Assembly (NCBI GenBank): GCA_963732805.1
Contig: CAVTAW010000002.1
Span: 538,463 to 602,462 of the forward strand
DNA length: 64,000 nt
Reading direction: 5' to 3'
From: an uncultured Chloroflexia bacterium
Lineage (GTDB): Bacteria > Chloroflexota > Limnocylindria > Limnocylindrales > CSP1-4
Below the pieces are notes generated by a model. It had not been told where the DNA came from, did not search any database, and was given only the letters and a program-made list of their open reading frames with translations. Shown here piece by piece: positions 37,843 through 47,714 of this stretch (positions are counted from its first letter, which is position 1; every line of letters begins with the position of its first letter). The position numbers and the translations under genes are program-made.

Positions 37843-38741
37843 CGCGCACCTCCGCCGGCCGACGGCGAGGGCTCGCCCAGCTCGGCCATCGCCGTGGCCA
37901 TCTCCTCGGGCGTGAGGATCCGCGTGTGCCAGAAGTAGTGGCCCTCCATGAACGAGACGCCCTTGCCCTTCACGGTGTGGGCGATGATGACGGTCGGGCG
38001 TCCGTCGCCTTGGGTCGCCTGCTCGAGCACATCCACGATGTCGGCCATGTCGTGGCCGTCCGCCTCCAGCACCCGCCAGCCGAACGCCGCCCACTTGCCG
38101 GCGAGCTCACCTGGAACCTGCGGCGGCAGGCGGCCGTCGGGGCCGTCGCCACGCCAGCCGAACTGCTGGAGCTTGTTGTGGTCGACGATCGCCACCAGGT
38201 TGTCCAGCCCGTAGTGACTGGCTACCATCGCGGCCTCCCAGACCTCGCCCTCCTGGCACTCCCCGTCACCAAGCATCACGAACGCGCGCACGTCGCAGCC
38301 GGTCAGCCGGGCTCCCAGCGCCATGCCGGTGGCTGCCGAGATGCCCATGCCCAGCGAGCCTGTTGACATGTCGAGCCCGGGCAGGCGGGTCATGTCGGGA
38401 TGACCCTGGAGGCGCGAGTTGGCCGCGTCGAAGGTCAGCAGCTCCTCCACCGGGAAGTAGCCGCGGAGCGCCATCGTCGCGTACAGGCCGATCGATGCGT
38501 GGCCCTTGGACAGCACGAACCGGTCGCGGTCCGGCCAGCCCGGCTCCTCTGGGCGGATCCGGAGCACGTGGAAGTACAGCGCCGCGAGCAGGTCGGCGGC
38601 CGACAGGGGTCCGCCCAGGTGACCGCCCTTGGCGTGGTCGACGGTCCGGACCACCTCCACCCGGATCCGGCGGGCCATCTCGCGCAGCCGGTCGAGCTCC
38701 GCCTCGTCCACCGAGGCGCTCGAGGCCGCACCCGTGCTCAC
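37839..38741 (-). CDS. Transketolase, N-terminal (TPP-binding) subunit
   Basis: GTG at 38741 overlaps the cupin stop (GTGA). ..GGHLGGPLSAADLL..SKGHAS..GDGECQEGEVWEA.. Confidence 0.85.
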   Translation of the reverse strand: MSTGAASSASVDEAELDRLREMARRIRVEVVRTVDHAKGGHLGGPLSAADLLAALYFHVLRIRPEEPGWPDRDRFVLSKGHASIGLYATMALRGYFPVEELLTFDAANSRLQGHPDMTRLPGLDMSTGSLGMGISAATGMALGARLTGCDVRAFVMLGDGECQEGEVWEAAMVASHYGLDNLVAIVDHNKLQQFGWRGDGPDGRLPPQVPGELAGKWAAFGWRVLEADGHDMADIVDVLEQATQGDGRPTVIIAHTVKGKGVSFMEGHYFWHTRILTPEEMATAMAELGEPSPSAGGGAR

Positions 38742-39106
38742 GATGGCTCCCGGTTCTCGTACGAGCCGGACACGACCGGCGGCGAGAACAGGCACACGAG
38801 CTCGAGGGGCTCCTGGTCGTCCGCCTCGGTCGCGTGGAACGTGCCGGGCGACACGTGGACCACGACGCCGGGTTCGACCTCGGCGATCCCGTCCGGCGTC
38901 ACGATCCGCCCGTGGCCCGCCGTGCAGTAGATGGTCTCCTCCTCGGCAGGGTGGACGTGGCCGGCCGGCCTGGATCCGGGCGGAAACACGGAGACGCCCA
39001 TCGACACCTGTCGGGCGGCGCTGTTGTGCGGCCCGAGATACGAGTACCAGTTGCGACCGGGGAGCGGCACGACCTCCGCCTCGGCTCGGGCGACCCGTTT
39101 GATCAT
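38738..39106 (-). CDS. Cupin-domain protein
   Basis: ..GHVHPAEEETIYCTAGHG.. ..GTFHAT.. (two cupin motifs). Confidence 0.75.
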   Translation of the reverse strand: MIKRVARAEAEVVPLPGRNWYSYLGPHNSAARQVSMGVSVFPPGSRPAGHVHPAEEETIYCTAGHGRIVTPDGIAEVEPGVVVHVSPGTFHATEADDQEPLELVCLFSPPVVSGSYENREPS

Positions 39107-39172
39107 CCCGCCACCTCTCGTCGGCAGTGAGCCACCCTGCGCGCCGGGACGGGCGACGGTGGATGGACAAAC

Positions 39173-39213
39173 AATCGATTATCGAGAATACGGCGGGAGG
39201 ACAGGGCGGTCAA
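39173..39213 (-). promoter_or_regulatory. Promoter plus ATCGAT-core operator, site b (cupin-transketolase operon)
   Basis: Minus strand: TTGACC (39208-39213), 17 nt, TATTCT (39185-39190), directly followed by CGATAATCGATTG. Confidence 0.65.
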
Positions 39214-39276
39214 GGGTCCTCAGTCGCTCCCGCACATGTGCGGCTCGGGGCGCGTGCGCCGCTCAGGCGTGCCGCG

Positions 39277-40374
39277 TCAGGCGCGCCGCGCGTCGGGGTC
39301 CGGCAGCACCAGGTCCCGGACCGCGCCCTGGAGATCGTGATAGGACTTGATGAACGCCCGCAGGGTTCGGGCGCTGGCGCCGTAGGACTCGAACTCGTCC
39401 GGTGCCATCCCGTCGGGATCGTAGGCACGCCGGAAGTCTGGGATCCGCTGGTACAGATCGGCGATCAGCGCCGGGTCGGCCGGGACGTCGATCCGCGGGG
39501 TCGGGTCGATCCCGCTGGCGTTGAACCGGACCTGCCAGGGGTAGGGAATGGTCATGCTGACGTCTCCGCCGACAAGCTCCGTCCAATGGAGCCGATGGCG
39601 ATAGGCGGCGGCCAGCAGCCGCGACCGGTAGCCGCGCTCGACGAACAGCCCGTAGGTCCGCTTGAACGCGGCGATGCCGGCCCAGTTGGGGGCATCCGGA
39701 TGGACGGCAAGGTCGTCGCGTTCGATGAGGACCTTCATCCAGTCGTCCAGCCGCCCGATCATGAGCACCACGATCGGGCTCATCGAGTCGACGTCCTCGC
39801 CGGCCGCCGCCCGGAGTGCCAGCCCGCGCTCCACCGCCTCGGCCGCCGCCAGCGCCTGGGGCACCGTGAAGCTCACCGTGGCGGTGATGTTCACGCCGCG
39901 CGCCGTCGCCTCCTCGATCGCCTCCAGGCCGGCCGCGGTCACCGGGAACTTCACCTGGAGATTGGGGGCCAGACCCGCGAACCGGACCGCCTGGTCGACC
40001 ATGCGCACCGGATCACGATGGTTGGCGGGGTTGGTCTGCACGGACAGCCGGCCCGCGCGACCACCCGTGCGCTCGAACACCGGCTCGAGGATGGCGGCGC
40101 CGCGGACGACCATCTCCTCGGCGACGGCCCAGGCGAGCTCGACCTCCGTCCAGGCCGGATGCTCCAGCGCCAGCTCCCGCACGCGCGGCTCCCACCGTGT
40201 CCGTTCCTTGCGCATGACCTCGAGCACGATGCTCGGGTTGGAGGTCGCCCCGGTCGCTCCGCGCTCGACCGCGTAGGTCAGCTCATCGACGGCGCACGAG
40301 TCGTTCCAGTACTGGGTTGGTGTCTCCCTGGTCATCCGCAGCAGGGGGCTGGCAGCTGACGTGGCAACGGTCAT
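39277..40374 (-). CDS. Transaldolase-family protein
   Basis: ..GATGATSNPSI.. ..LQVKFPVTAAGLEAIE.. (Schiff-base Lys). The start is uncertain: ATG 40374 is preferred, and ATG 40503 lies inside operator site c1. Confidence 0.8.
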   Translation of the reverse strand: MTVATSAASPLLRMTRETPTQYWNDSCAVDELTYAVERGATGATSNPSIVLEVMRKERTRWEPRVRELALEHPAWTEVELAWAVAEEMVVRGAAILEPVFERTGGRAGRLSVQTNPANHRDPVRMVDQAVRFAGLAPNLQVKFPVTAAGLEAIEEATARGVNITATVSFTVPQALAAAEAVERGLALRAAAGEDVDSMSPIVVLMIGRLDDWMKVLIERDDLAVHPDAPNWAGIAAFKRTYGLFVERGYRSRLLAAAYRHRLHWTELVGGDVSMTIPYPWQVRFNASGIDPTPRIDVPADPALIADLYQRIPDFRRAYDPDGMAPDEFESYGASARTLRAFIKSYHDLQGAVRDLVLPDPDARRA

Positions 40375-40491
40375 CGCACGGACCTCGGCACTTCGCGGGT
40401 CGTCGGCCTGGTCGCTCCCGTCGTCCGGCTGGCTCCACGGGACCGCGTCGAGCCACCCGGGAGCGCCGGTTCCGCCCGCCTCGTCTACGGT

Positions 40492-40509
40492 ATCATCGAT
40501 CATCGATTG
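40492..40509. promoter_or_regulatory. ATCGAT-core operator, site c1
   Basis: ATCATCGATCATCGATTG. Confidence 0.55.
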
Positions 40510-40534
40510 TGATGCGGAATCGCGTTGTCGGCGC

Positions 40535-40585
40535 TTGACTGGGGCGCCGGAACGCGCCTACAGTTATCGACAATCGATTATCGAT
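40535..40585 (+). promoter_or_regulatory. Promoter plus ATCGAT-core operator, site c2 (long plus-strand operon)
   Basis: TTGACT (40535-40540), 18 nt, TACAGT (40559-40564), directly followed by TATCGACAATCGATTATCGAT. Confidence 0.65.
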
Positions 40586-40734
40586 CCCACCACATGCGCA
40601 ACCGCGACGAAGCCCGGCGACAACCTTCCGTCCCCGACATCGGCGAAGGTCCGGTGCCGGCCGCCGCCGCGCCTGTCGACAGGGCGTGTCCCACTCGGCG
40701 CGTCCGGGCGGAACGCGCGTAGGAGAAGGTGCGA

Positions 40735-41985
40735 ATGGCGACGGTCGTGGTCCTCGGCACGCTCGACACCAAGGGTGCCGAGCACGAGTTCCTCCGCGAC
40801 CGGATCCAGGACCTTGGGTGCGATGTCGTCCTCGTCGACGCGGGCGTCACCGGCTCGACCTCGCCGGCCGACGTGACCGCCGACGAGGTTGCGGCGGCGG
40901 CGGGCGCGGACCGGGCGGCCCTGGTGGCCGCGGGCGACCGCGGTCCGGCGGTGTCGGCGATGACCCGCGGGGCGATCGCGGTGGTTGGCCGCCTGCACGC
41001 GGACGGCCGACTGGACGGGATCCTGGGGCTTGGCGGGTCCGGGGGCTCGTCGTTGATCGCGGCGGCCATGCGGGCGCTCCCGGTCGGGGTGCCCAAGCTG
41101 CTGGTCTCGACCATGGCGTCCGGCGACACTCGCCCGTACGTCGGGACCTCCGACATCGCGATGATGTACTCGGTCGTCGACATCGCCGGGATCAACGGCA
41201 TCTCGGAGAAGATCCTGGCCAACGCAGCCGCGGCCATGGCGGGCATGGCCCGGGCCTCGGCGTCCTTCGTGTCCGGGATCGAGCGCAAGCCGCTGATCGG
41301 CGCCACGATGTTCGGTGTCACCACCCCGTGCGTGACCGCCGCACGCGAGATCCTCGAATCCCGGGGCTACGAGGTGCTCGTGTTCCACGCCACCGGCTCC
41401 GGGGGCCGCTCGATGGAGGCGCTGATCGAGGCGGGCTTCATCACGGGATCGCTGGACATCACCACCACGGAGCTTGCCGACGAGCTGGTCGGAGGCGTCC
41501 TGTCCGCCGGCCCCGATCGGCTGGAGGCGGCCGGTCGTCTCGGCATCCCCCAGGTGGTCTCGCTGGGTGCCCTGGACATGGTCAACTTCGGGCCCCTGGA
41601 CACGGTGCCCGCCGCATTTCGCGAGCGCAACCTGTACCAGCACAACGAGACCGTGACCCTGATGCGCACAACCGAGCCGGAGTGCGCCGAGCTCGGCCGG
41701 ATCATCGCCCGCAAGCTCAACGCCGCGACCGGACCGCTGACCCTGTTCATCCCGGCCGCCGGCGTGTCGATGATCGACGTGCCGGGTGCGCCGTTCCATG
41801 ACCCGGCCGCGGATGCGGCGCTGATCCGCGAGCTCAAGGCCGGGCTCGATGCGCGCGTGGACGTGGTCGAGATGGCCACCGACATCAACGATCCCGCCTT
41901 CTCGCGCGCAATGGCCGAGCGCCTCGACGAGCTGTACCGCCAGTGGACCGCCTCGACGGTGGCCGCGGCAGGAGGACCCGCATGA
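40735..41985 (+). CDS. UPF0261-family protein (homolog of the N-terminal half of plant Tm-1)
   Basis: ATG at 40735 follows [33 protein letters not shown].. Confidence 0.75.
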   Translation: MATVVVLGTLDTKGAEHEFLRDRIQDLGCDVVLVDAGVTGSTSPADVTADEVAAAAGADRAALVAAGDRGPAVSAMTRGAIAVVGRLHADGRLDGILGLGGSGGSSLIAAAMRALPVGVPKLLVSTMASGDTRPYVGTSDIAMMYSVVDIAGINGISEKILANAAAAMAGMARASASFVSGIERKPLIGATMFGVTTPCVTAAREILESRGYEVLVFHATGSGGRSMEALIEAGFITGSLDITTTELADELVGGVLSAGPDRLEAAGRLGIPQVVSLGALDMVNFGPLDTVPAAFRERNLYQHNETVTLMRTTEPECAELGRIIARKLNAATGPLTLFIPAAGVSMIDVPGAPFHDPAADAALIRELKAGLDARVDVVEMATDINDPAFSRAMAERLDELYRQWTASTVAAAGGPA

Positions 41986-42821
41986 CCGGTCAGGAGGCGC
42001 TGGGGCGCCTGCGCAGGACGCTCGCACAGGGCGGCGTGATCATGGGCGCCGGCGCCGGGACCGGCCTGTCGGCGAAATGCGCCGAGGCCGGCGGAGCGGA
42101 CCTGATCATCATCTACAACTCCGGCCGTTACCGGATGGCCGGCCGGGGCTCGCTGGCGGGCATGATGCCCTACGGGGACGCGAACGCGATCGTCATGGAC
42201 ATGGCCGGCGAGGTGCTCCCGGTGGTCCGGGAGACACCCGTCCTCGCCGGCGTGTGCGGGACCGACCCGTTCCGCCTGATGGCGGTGTTCCTGGAGGAGG
42301 TCAAGCGCGTCGGCTTCTCCGGGGTCCAGAACTTCCCCACCGTCGGGCTGTGCGACGGGAAGTTCCGCCAGAACCTCGAGGAGACCGGCATGGGCTACGG
42401 GCTCGAGGTGGACATGATCCGGACCGCCCACGAGGCGGGCCTGCTCACCACGCCGTACGTGTTCGACGAGGAGCAGGCCCGGGCAATGGCCGAGGCCGGC
42501 GCCGACGTCATCGTCGCGCACATGGGGCTCACGACCAAGGGTGCCATCGGGGCCACCACGGCCCTCACCCTCGAGGCATCGGCCGAGCGCGTCCAGGCCA
42601 TTCGCGACGCCGCCGCCGGCGTCAAGCCCGACATCATCGCCCTGTGCCACGGCGGTCCCATCGCGGAGCCGGACGACGCGCAGTACATCCTGGAGCACAC
42701 CACGGGCGTCGCCGGCTTCTTCGGCGCGTCGAGCATGGAGCGACTCCCGACGGAGGTGGCGATCACCGAGAACATGCAGCGCTTCAAGCGAATCACGCGC
42801 GCAGCGGCCCCCGCGCACTGA
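41982..42821 (+). CDS. PEP-hydrolase-like TIM-barrel protein (homolog of the C-terminal half of Tm-1)
   Basis: ATGA overlap with the previous gene. ..[31 protein letters not shown].. ..VQNFPTVGL.. ..[10 protein letters not shown].. Confidence 0.75.
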   Translation: MTGQEALGRLRRTLAQGGVIMGAGAGTGLSAKCAEAGGADLIIIYNSGRYRMAGRGSLAGMMPYGDANAIVMDMAGEVLPVVRETPVLAGVCGTDPFRLMAVFLEEVKRVGFSGVQNFPTVGLCDGKFRQNLEETGMGYGLEVDMIRTAHEAGLLTTPYVFDEEQARAMAEAGADVIVAHMGLTTKGAIGATTALTLEASAERVQAIRDAAAGVKPDIIALCHGGPIAEPDDAQYILEHTTGVAGFFGASSMERLPTEVAITENMQRFKRITRAAAPAH

Positions 42822-42881
42822 GCAACGGCACGGATCCAGTCGCCACCGGCGACACGAGCCATCGCACAGGAGGAAGCAACG

Positions 42882-44658
42882 GTGCCCTTGAAGGAAGAAG
42901 TCCTCGGCCAGTTCCTGGGGGACGAGAAGTTCCCGGTCACATGGACGTCGGAGACCGAGAAGCTCCTGTTCTGGGTCTACGACGACCTGCACTGCCCGCA
43001 CCCGCTCAGCCCGATGTACGAGGACATCGGCGGCTGGTGGCTGAGCTGCGACCACATGTTCCGCCGGTTCGGCACGCCGTTCGCGACGGACTGGATCTAC
43101 AAGAACGTCAACGGCTACCTGCTATACGGCCGCGATCCCGGCCGAAGCCGGGCCTCGACGGTCGACACGCAGGAGTACAACTACCGGACCAAGCCGGTGG
43201 TGCCCGAGGATCCGGACTACGCGGCCAAGATCGGCGCCTACCTGGGCGCCGTCCTGCCGACGTACGGCCTCCAGTTCGTGAACTGGTGGCGCGAGCGCCT
43301 CGGTTCCCGAGATGGATCGCAACTTCCAGTATCTGGAGGGGATGCTCGACAAGCAGGACGAGCTCAATCTCATGGAGCTTGCGTGCCTGTTCGAGGACGC
43401 GATCGACATCCACGATCGCCACTGGAAGATCCACTGGATGCTCAACTTCGCCCAGCTGTCCGCGACCCTGAACCTGCGGGCGGTGATGGAGAAGACCCAC
43501 GGCAAGATCGACGAGGTGCTCCTCGGCCGGCTCCAGAACTCGGCCAAGGACCGCAACTGGGACTCGATCGATGCGCTGTGGAAGATGAAGGAGGAGGCCA
43601 AGGCCGACCCGGAGCTGGCCCCCATCTTCAAGGCCGAGACCGCCGGCGAGATCATCGAGGGCCTCAAGGCAAGCGAGCGCGGCCGGCGCTTCATCGACGA
43701 GCGCGTGGTCCCGTACCAGCAGGAGTTCGGCTGGCACGCGGTCTGGAGCCACGAGTTCATCTTCCCCAACGTCGTCGAGCAGATGGAGCCGGTGATCGAG
43801 CTGGTCCGCGGCTACATCGAGACCAACTACGACTACCCCAAGACCATTGCCGCCCTCGCCGCGGACATCGACGCCGCGGCCAAGGAGATCCTCGAGGGCC
43901 TCGAGGGCGAGGCGCTCGAGGAGATGCGGGCCGCCAACGAGATCAACCTCCGGATGGCCCCGCTGACGCCGGACCACCACTTCTACATCGACCAGGGCGC
44001 CAACGCGCACGTGCGCCAGGTGCTGATGGCGATCGGCCGGAAGCTCGTGGCGCAGGGCGTCCTCGACGCCCCCGACGACGTCGTGTACTTCCGCTACAAC
44101 GAGCTGCGCGTGTTCATGGGCGACCCGTCCGCGATGGACGGTCGCGCGGTCGTGGCCAAGGCCAAGGCCGCCCGCGAGAAGGCGTACACGTTCCGGCCCA
44201 AGGAGTGGGTCGGAACGGTGACCGCGACCCAGCTCGCGTTCCCGTACCTGAACCTGTGGGGCTTCCCAGACAAGTTCTATCGCAAGACCGCCACGGTGGC
44301 CGGCCAGATCACGGGCATCGGCGGATCGCCGGGCGTGGTCGAGGGCATCGCCCGTGTCGTGCTCCGGGAGGACCAGTTCGACGACGTTCGGGCGGGCGAC
44401 ATCCTGGTGTGCCAGATGACCAACCCGGCCTGGGTGGTCCTGTTCACCAAGATCGTCGGCCTGGTGACCGACGCGGGCGGCACCGTGTCGCATCCGGCCG
44501 TGCTGTCGCGCGAGTTCGGGATCCCGGCCGTCGTCGGGTCGTCCGTGGGCACCGAGCAGATCAAGAACGGCGACCGGATCCGGATCAACGGCACCACCGG
44601 TCTCGTCGAGATCCTCAGCACCGAGCCCAGCCGGCCGCTCGTCGGCGTCGGCTCCTAG
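42882..44658 (+). pseudogene. PEP-utilising-enzyme family protein (novel N-terminal region plus C-terminal phosphohistidine swivel domain), interrupted by a +1 frameshift
   Basis: GTG at 42882 follows AGGAGGAAG. Frame 0 is protein-like up to ..NWWRERL (43299). Frame +1 continues VPEMDRNFQYLE.. to 44658. The 1777-nt length is 592 codons plus 1 nt. Swivel motif ..TDAGGTVSHPAVLSREFGIPAVVG.. Confidence 0.75.
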
Positions 44659-44668
44659 CCCCCTCCCG

Positions 44669-45433
44669 ATGGCCCCGAACGCATCGATCTCGCGCAGCGT
44701 CCTGAGCGACCAGGTCAAGGATCACCTCCTGCAGGCGATCCTCGCGGGTCGCTACCCACCGGGGGCCCGGATCGTCGAGACCCGGGTCGCCCGGGAGCTC
44801 GGCACCAGCCAGGCTCCCGTCCGGGAAGCGTTGCGCGACCTCGAGGCGCTCGGGGTCGTCGAAACCACGGCCTTCCGGGGAGCCCGCGTCCGCCGACCCT
44901 CGGCGGCCGAGCTCCTGGAGGCCTTCGTCATCCGCACCGAGCTCGAATCGCTCGGCGCCCGCCTGGCCATCCCGCGTCTCCGCGAGGCGGACTTCGAGGA
45001 GCTGGAAGCCCTGCTCGCGGCGATGCGGGCGGCCGCAGAGGCAGGCGATGCCCACGCCGAGGCCGCGGCCGACGCCAGGTTCCATGGACGGGTCGTCGAC
45101 CTGTCCGGCAACACGACGCTCCAGCGCGTGTGGCGGACGCTGGAGCCCTACTCGCGCACGTTCATCACGCTCGCCGTGCCCGGTGTCGACCGCCGAATGG
45201 TCGCGGAGGAGCACCAACCGATCCTGGACGCGTTGCGACGGCGCGACCCGGCGCTGGCCGCCGCGACCTACGGGGAGCACTTCGCAGCCACGGCCGCCCG
45301 GCTCGGCTCGGCCTGGGACCGCGTTCCGCCCATCCCCGATGATGCGAGTGCCGGTCGCCAGCGCCCACGTCGCGCGCGCCGGACCCGGGCGAGCGCACGG
45401 CAGGTCGAGTCCACGCCCGCCGCCCGAACCTGA
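44669..45433 (+). CDS. GntR-family regulator, FadR subfamily (FCD), paralog 2
   Basis: wHTH ..RIVETRVARELGTSQAPVREALRDLEALGVVE.., nearly identical to paralog 1. Confidence 0.85.
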   Translation: MAPNASISRSVLSDQVKDHLLQAILAGRYPPGARIVETRVARELGTSQAPVREALRDLEALGVVETTAFRGARVRRPSAAELLEAFVIRTELESLGARLAIPRLREADFEELEALLAAMRAAAEAGDAHAEAAADARFHGRVVDLSGNTTLQRVWRTLEPYSRTFITLAVPGVDRRMVAEEHQPILDALRRRDPALAAATYGEHFAATAARLGSAWDRVPPIPDDASAGRQRPRRARRTRASARQVESTPAART

Positions 45434-45455
45434 CCCCAATCCGCGAAAGGACCAC

Positions 45456-46345
45456 ATGAACGACCAGCTGCAACTTTACGGAGGAGTTCTCGGCGGGCGC
45501 CGCCCGCCTGCGCGCGGACGTCTACGGCGGCGAGCCTCGCGAGCACGTGCTCGACGACCTCACGTTCCTCAACTACCGCCTCGCCGATGTCCGCATCTCC
45601 CCCGAGGTCACGCTGGCGGGGCCGGACATCGTCTGGCACCGGGACGGCGAGAAGCAGGTCTCCTTTGACGGCCGGGTGGTGACCTTCATCGGGCGACTGG
45701 CCTGCCGGCCCGATCCAGAAGGTGATCGTGGCCGTGCTCGCGCTGCGCATGGAGGCCGTCGGACTCCACCCGTCACACAGTGCCGCCGTGCACTACCGTG
45801 GCCGGACGATCCTGTTCCTGGGCGGTGAATCGAACCACGGCAAGAGCATGGGGCTGATCGAGGCGGGCGTTCGCGGCGCCCTCCAGGTCGCGTCGGAGAC
45901 CACCGTCATCGACGAGCAGGGCCGGGCCGTGATGGGCTCGGTGGACACCTTCCTGCGCAAGCGGACGGAAGGCACGGAGCGGTCCGACAAGGCCGCGCCC
46001 AACAAGGGCGTGGAGAAGTTCTGGGGCGAGATGCCGTCCTGGGGCATGTACGAGGGCACGCCCAACATCGACCTCGTCATCGTCCCGGCGATCGACGGCA
46101 ACTTCGACCCCGCCACCAACGAGCTCATCCCGTTCGAGCGCCAGTTCCAGTTCCTCCACTCGCTCCAGAACTACTTCCTGACCAACGAGCTGCTCGCGCC
46201 CGGGCACGTCATGCCGATGCTCGACACAGATCCGCTCCGCCGGAAGCGCGCCGGCTTCGTGGCCAGCTTCTGCGAGCGGCCGTTCTACTTCGTCCGTGCG
46301 GCCACCCCCCAGGTGCTGATGGACGAGGTGGACCGGATCCTGTAG
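45456..46345 (+). pseudogene. HPr-kinase-like P-loop protein, with two apparent +1 frameshifts
   Basis: ATG at 45456 follows AAAGGA. Segments: MNDQLQL (frame 0), TEEFSAGAARL..VVTFIGRLA (frame 1), and GPIQKVIVAVL..HYRGRTILFLGGESNHGKSMGLIE..VDRIL* (frame 2). 890 nt is 296 codons plus 2 nt. Confidence 0.55.
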
Positions 46346-46358
46346 CGGGACCGGGACG

Positions 46359-47224
46359 ATGCGTGCGTTCGCCTACGCGAGGCCCGCGACACTGGCCGAC
46401 GCCGTCGCGCTGCTGGCCGAGCACGGGCCCGACGCCCGCCTGCTGGCCGGCGGCACCGACCTGGTGATCCGCCTGCGTGACGGGTCGGCGCGGCCGTCCA
46501 TCGTGGTTGACGTCAAGCGGATCGCGGAGCTCGACCCGGCGATCCGCGAGGTCGACGGACGCCTCGTCATCGGGGCGACCACGGCCATGACCGAGATCGC
46601 CGCGGACGAGCGGATCCGGCACCGGTTCACGGCGCTCGCCGAGGCAGCCGCCATGGTGGGCTCGGTCCAGATCCGGAACCGGGCGACCCTGGCCGGCAAC
46701 CTCTGCAACGCGTCGCCCGCGGCCGACACGGCGCCGGCGCTCCTGGTGTACGGCGCGGTGGTGGTGGCGGTCGGACCCGACGGGACGCGGCGCATCCCGA
46801 TCGACGAGCTGTTCGTTCGGTCCGGGGTGACCACGCTGCGCACCGGGCGAGCTGGTCACCGCGATCGAGCTTCCCCTGCGTGCGCCCGCGGTCGGATCCG
46901 CGCACGAGCGCCGGACACGCAGCAGGGGGCATGACCTGGCCTCGGTCACGCTCGCCTGCGCCGTGGATCGTGCCGGCTCGACGCGGCTCGCCTACGGCAG
47001 CGTCGGACCGCGGCCCGGTGCTCGTCGCGGACGACACCGGGGTCCTGGCCGATCCGTCGGCGCCGGATGCGGCACGATCCGCGATCCTTGAGCGCATGTT
47101 CGCCGACGCCAGCCCATCCCCGCGCTCGATGCGGGCGAGCCCGGACTACCGGCTCGCCATGCTCCGCGTGCTCGGCAGGCGGGCGCTTGCCACGGCCATC
47201 GAGCGGCTGGCGGCGGTGGAGTGA
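46359..47224 (+). pseudogene. Molybdenum-hydroxylase FAD-binding (medium, CoxM-like) subunit, with two +1 frameshifts
   Basis: MRAFAYARP..LLAGGTDL..NRATLAGNL.. (frame 0 to ~46845), GELVTAIELP..LAYGSVGPRP (frame 1), VLVADD..RASPDYRLAML..* (frame 2). 866 nt is 288 codons plus 2 nt. Confidence 0.75.
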
Positions 47225-47228
47225 CGTG

Positions 47229-47714
47229 ATGACCGAGCTGATCCCGATCCAGGTGACCGTGAACGGCCGGCTGCGCTCGATCGAGGTGGCCGCCCATCAC
47301 ACGCTGCTGGACGTGCTCCGCGACGAGCTCGAGCTGACCGGAACCAAGGAGTGCTGCCTGGTCGGCGAGTGCGGTGCGTGCACGGTGCGCCTCGACGGCC
47401 GGATCGTGGACTCGTGCCTGGTGCTGGCGGTGGAGGCCGACGGGGGAACGGTCACCACGGTCGAGGGCCTGGCAGGCGAAGGACCGCTCAGCGCCCTCCA
47501 GCAGGCGTTCCTCGACTACGGCGCGGCGCAGTGCGGCTTCTGCATCCCGGGCCAGCTGATGGCGGCCAGCGATCTGCTGGGTCGTGTCCCGCATCCCTCG
47601 ATCGCAGAGATCCAGGAGGGGCTGGCCGGCAACCTGTGCCGCTGCGGCGGCTACGAGCAGATCACCGAGGCGATCCACGCGGTCGCCGAGGGGCCCGAAG
47701 GATCCGGACGGTGA
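47229..47714 (+). CDS. Molybdenum-hydroxylase [2Fe-2S] small subunit (CoxS-like)
   Basis: ..CLVGECGACTV.. and ..CGFCIPG..NLCRCGGY.. cysteine clusters. Confidence 0.9.
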   Translation: MTELIPIQVTVNGRLRSIEVAAHHTLLDVLRDELELTGTKECCLVGECGACTVRLDGRIVDSCLVLAVEADGGTVTTVEGLAGEGPLSALQQAFLDYGAAQCGFCIPGQLMAASDLLGRVPHPSIAEIQEGLAGNLCRCGGYEQITEAIHAVAEGPEGSGR

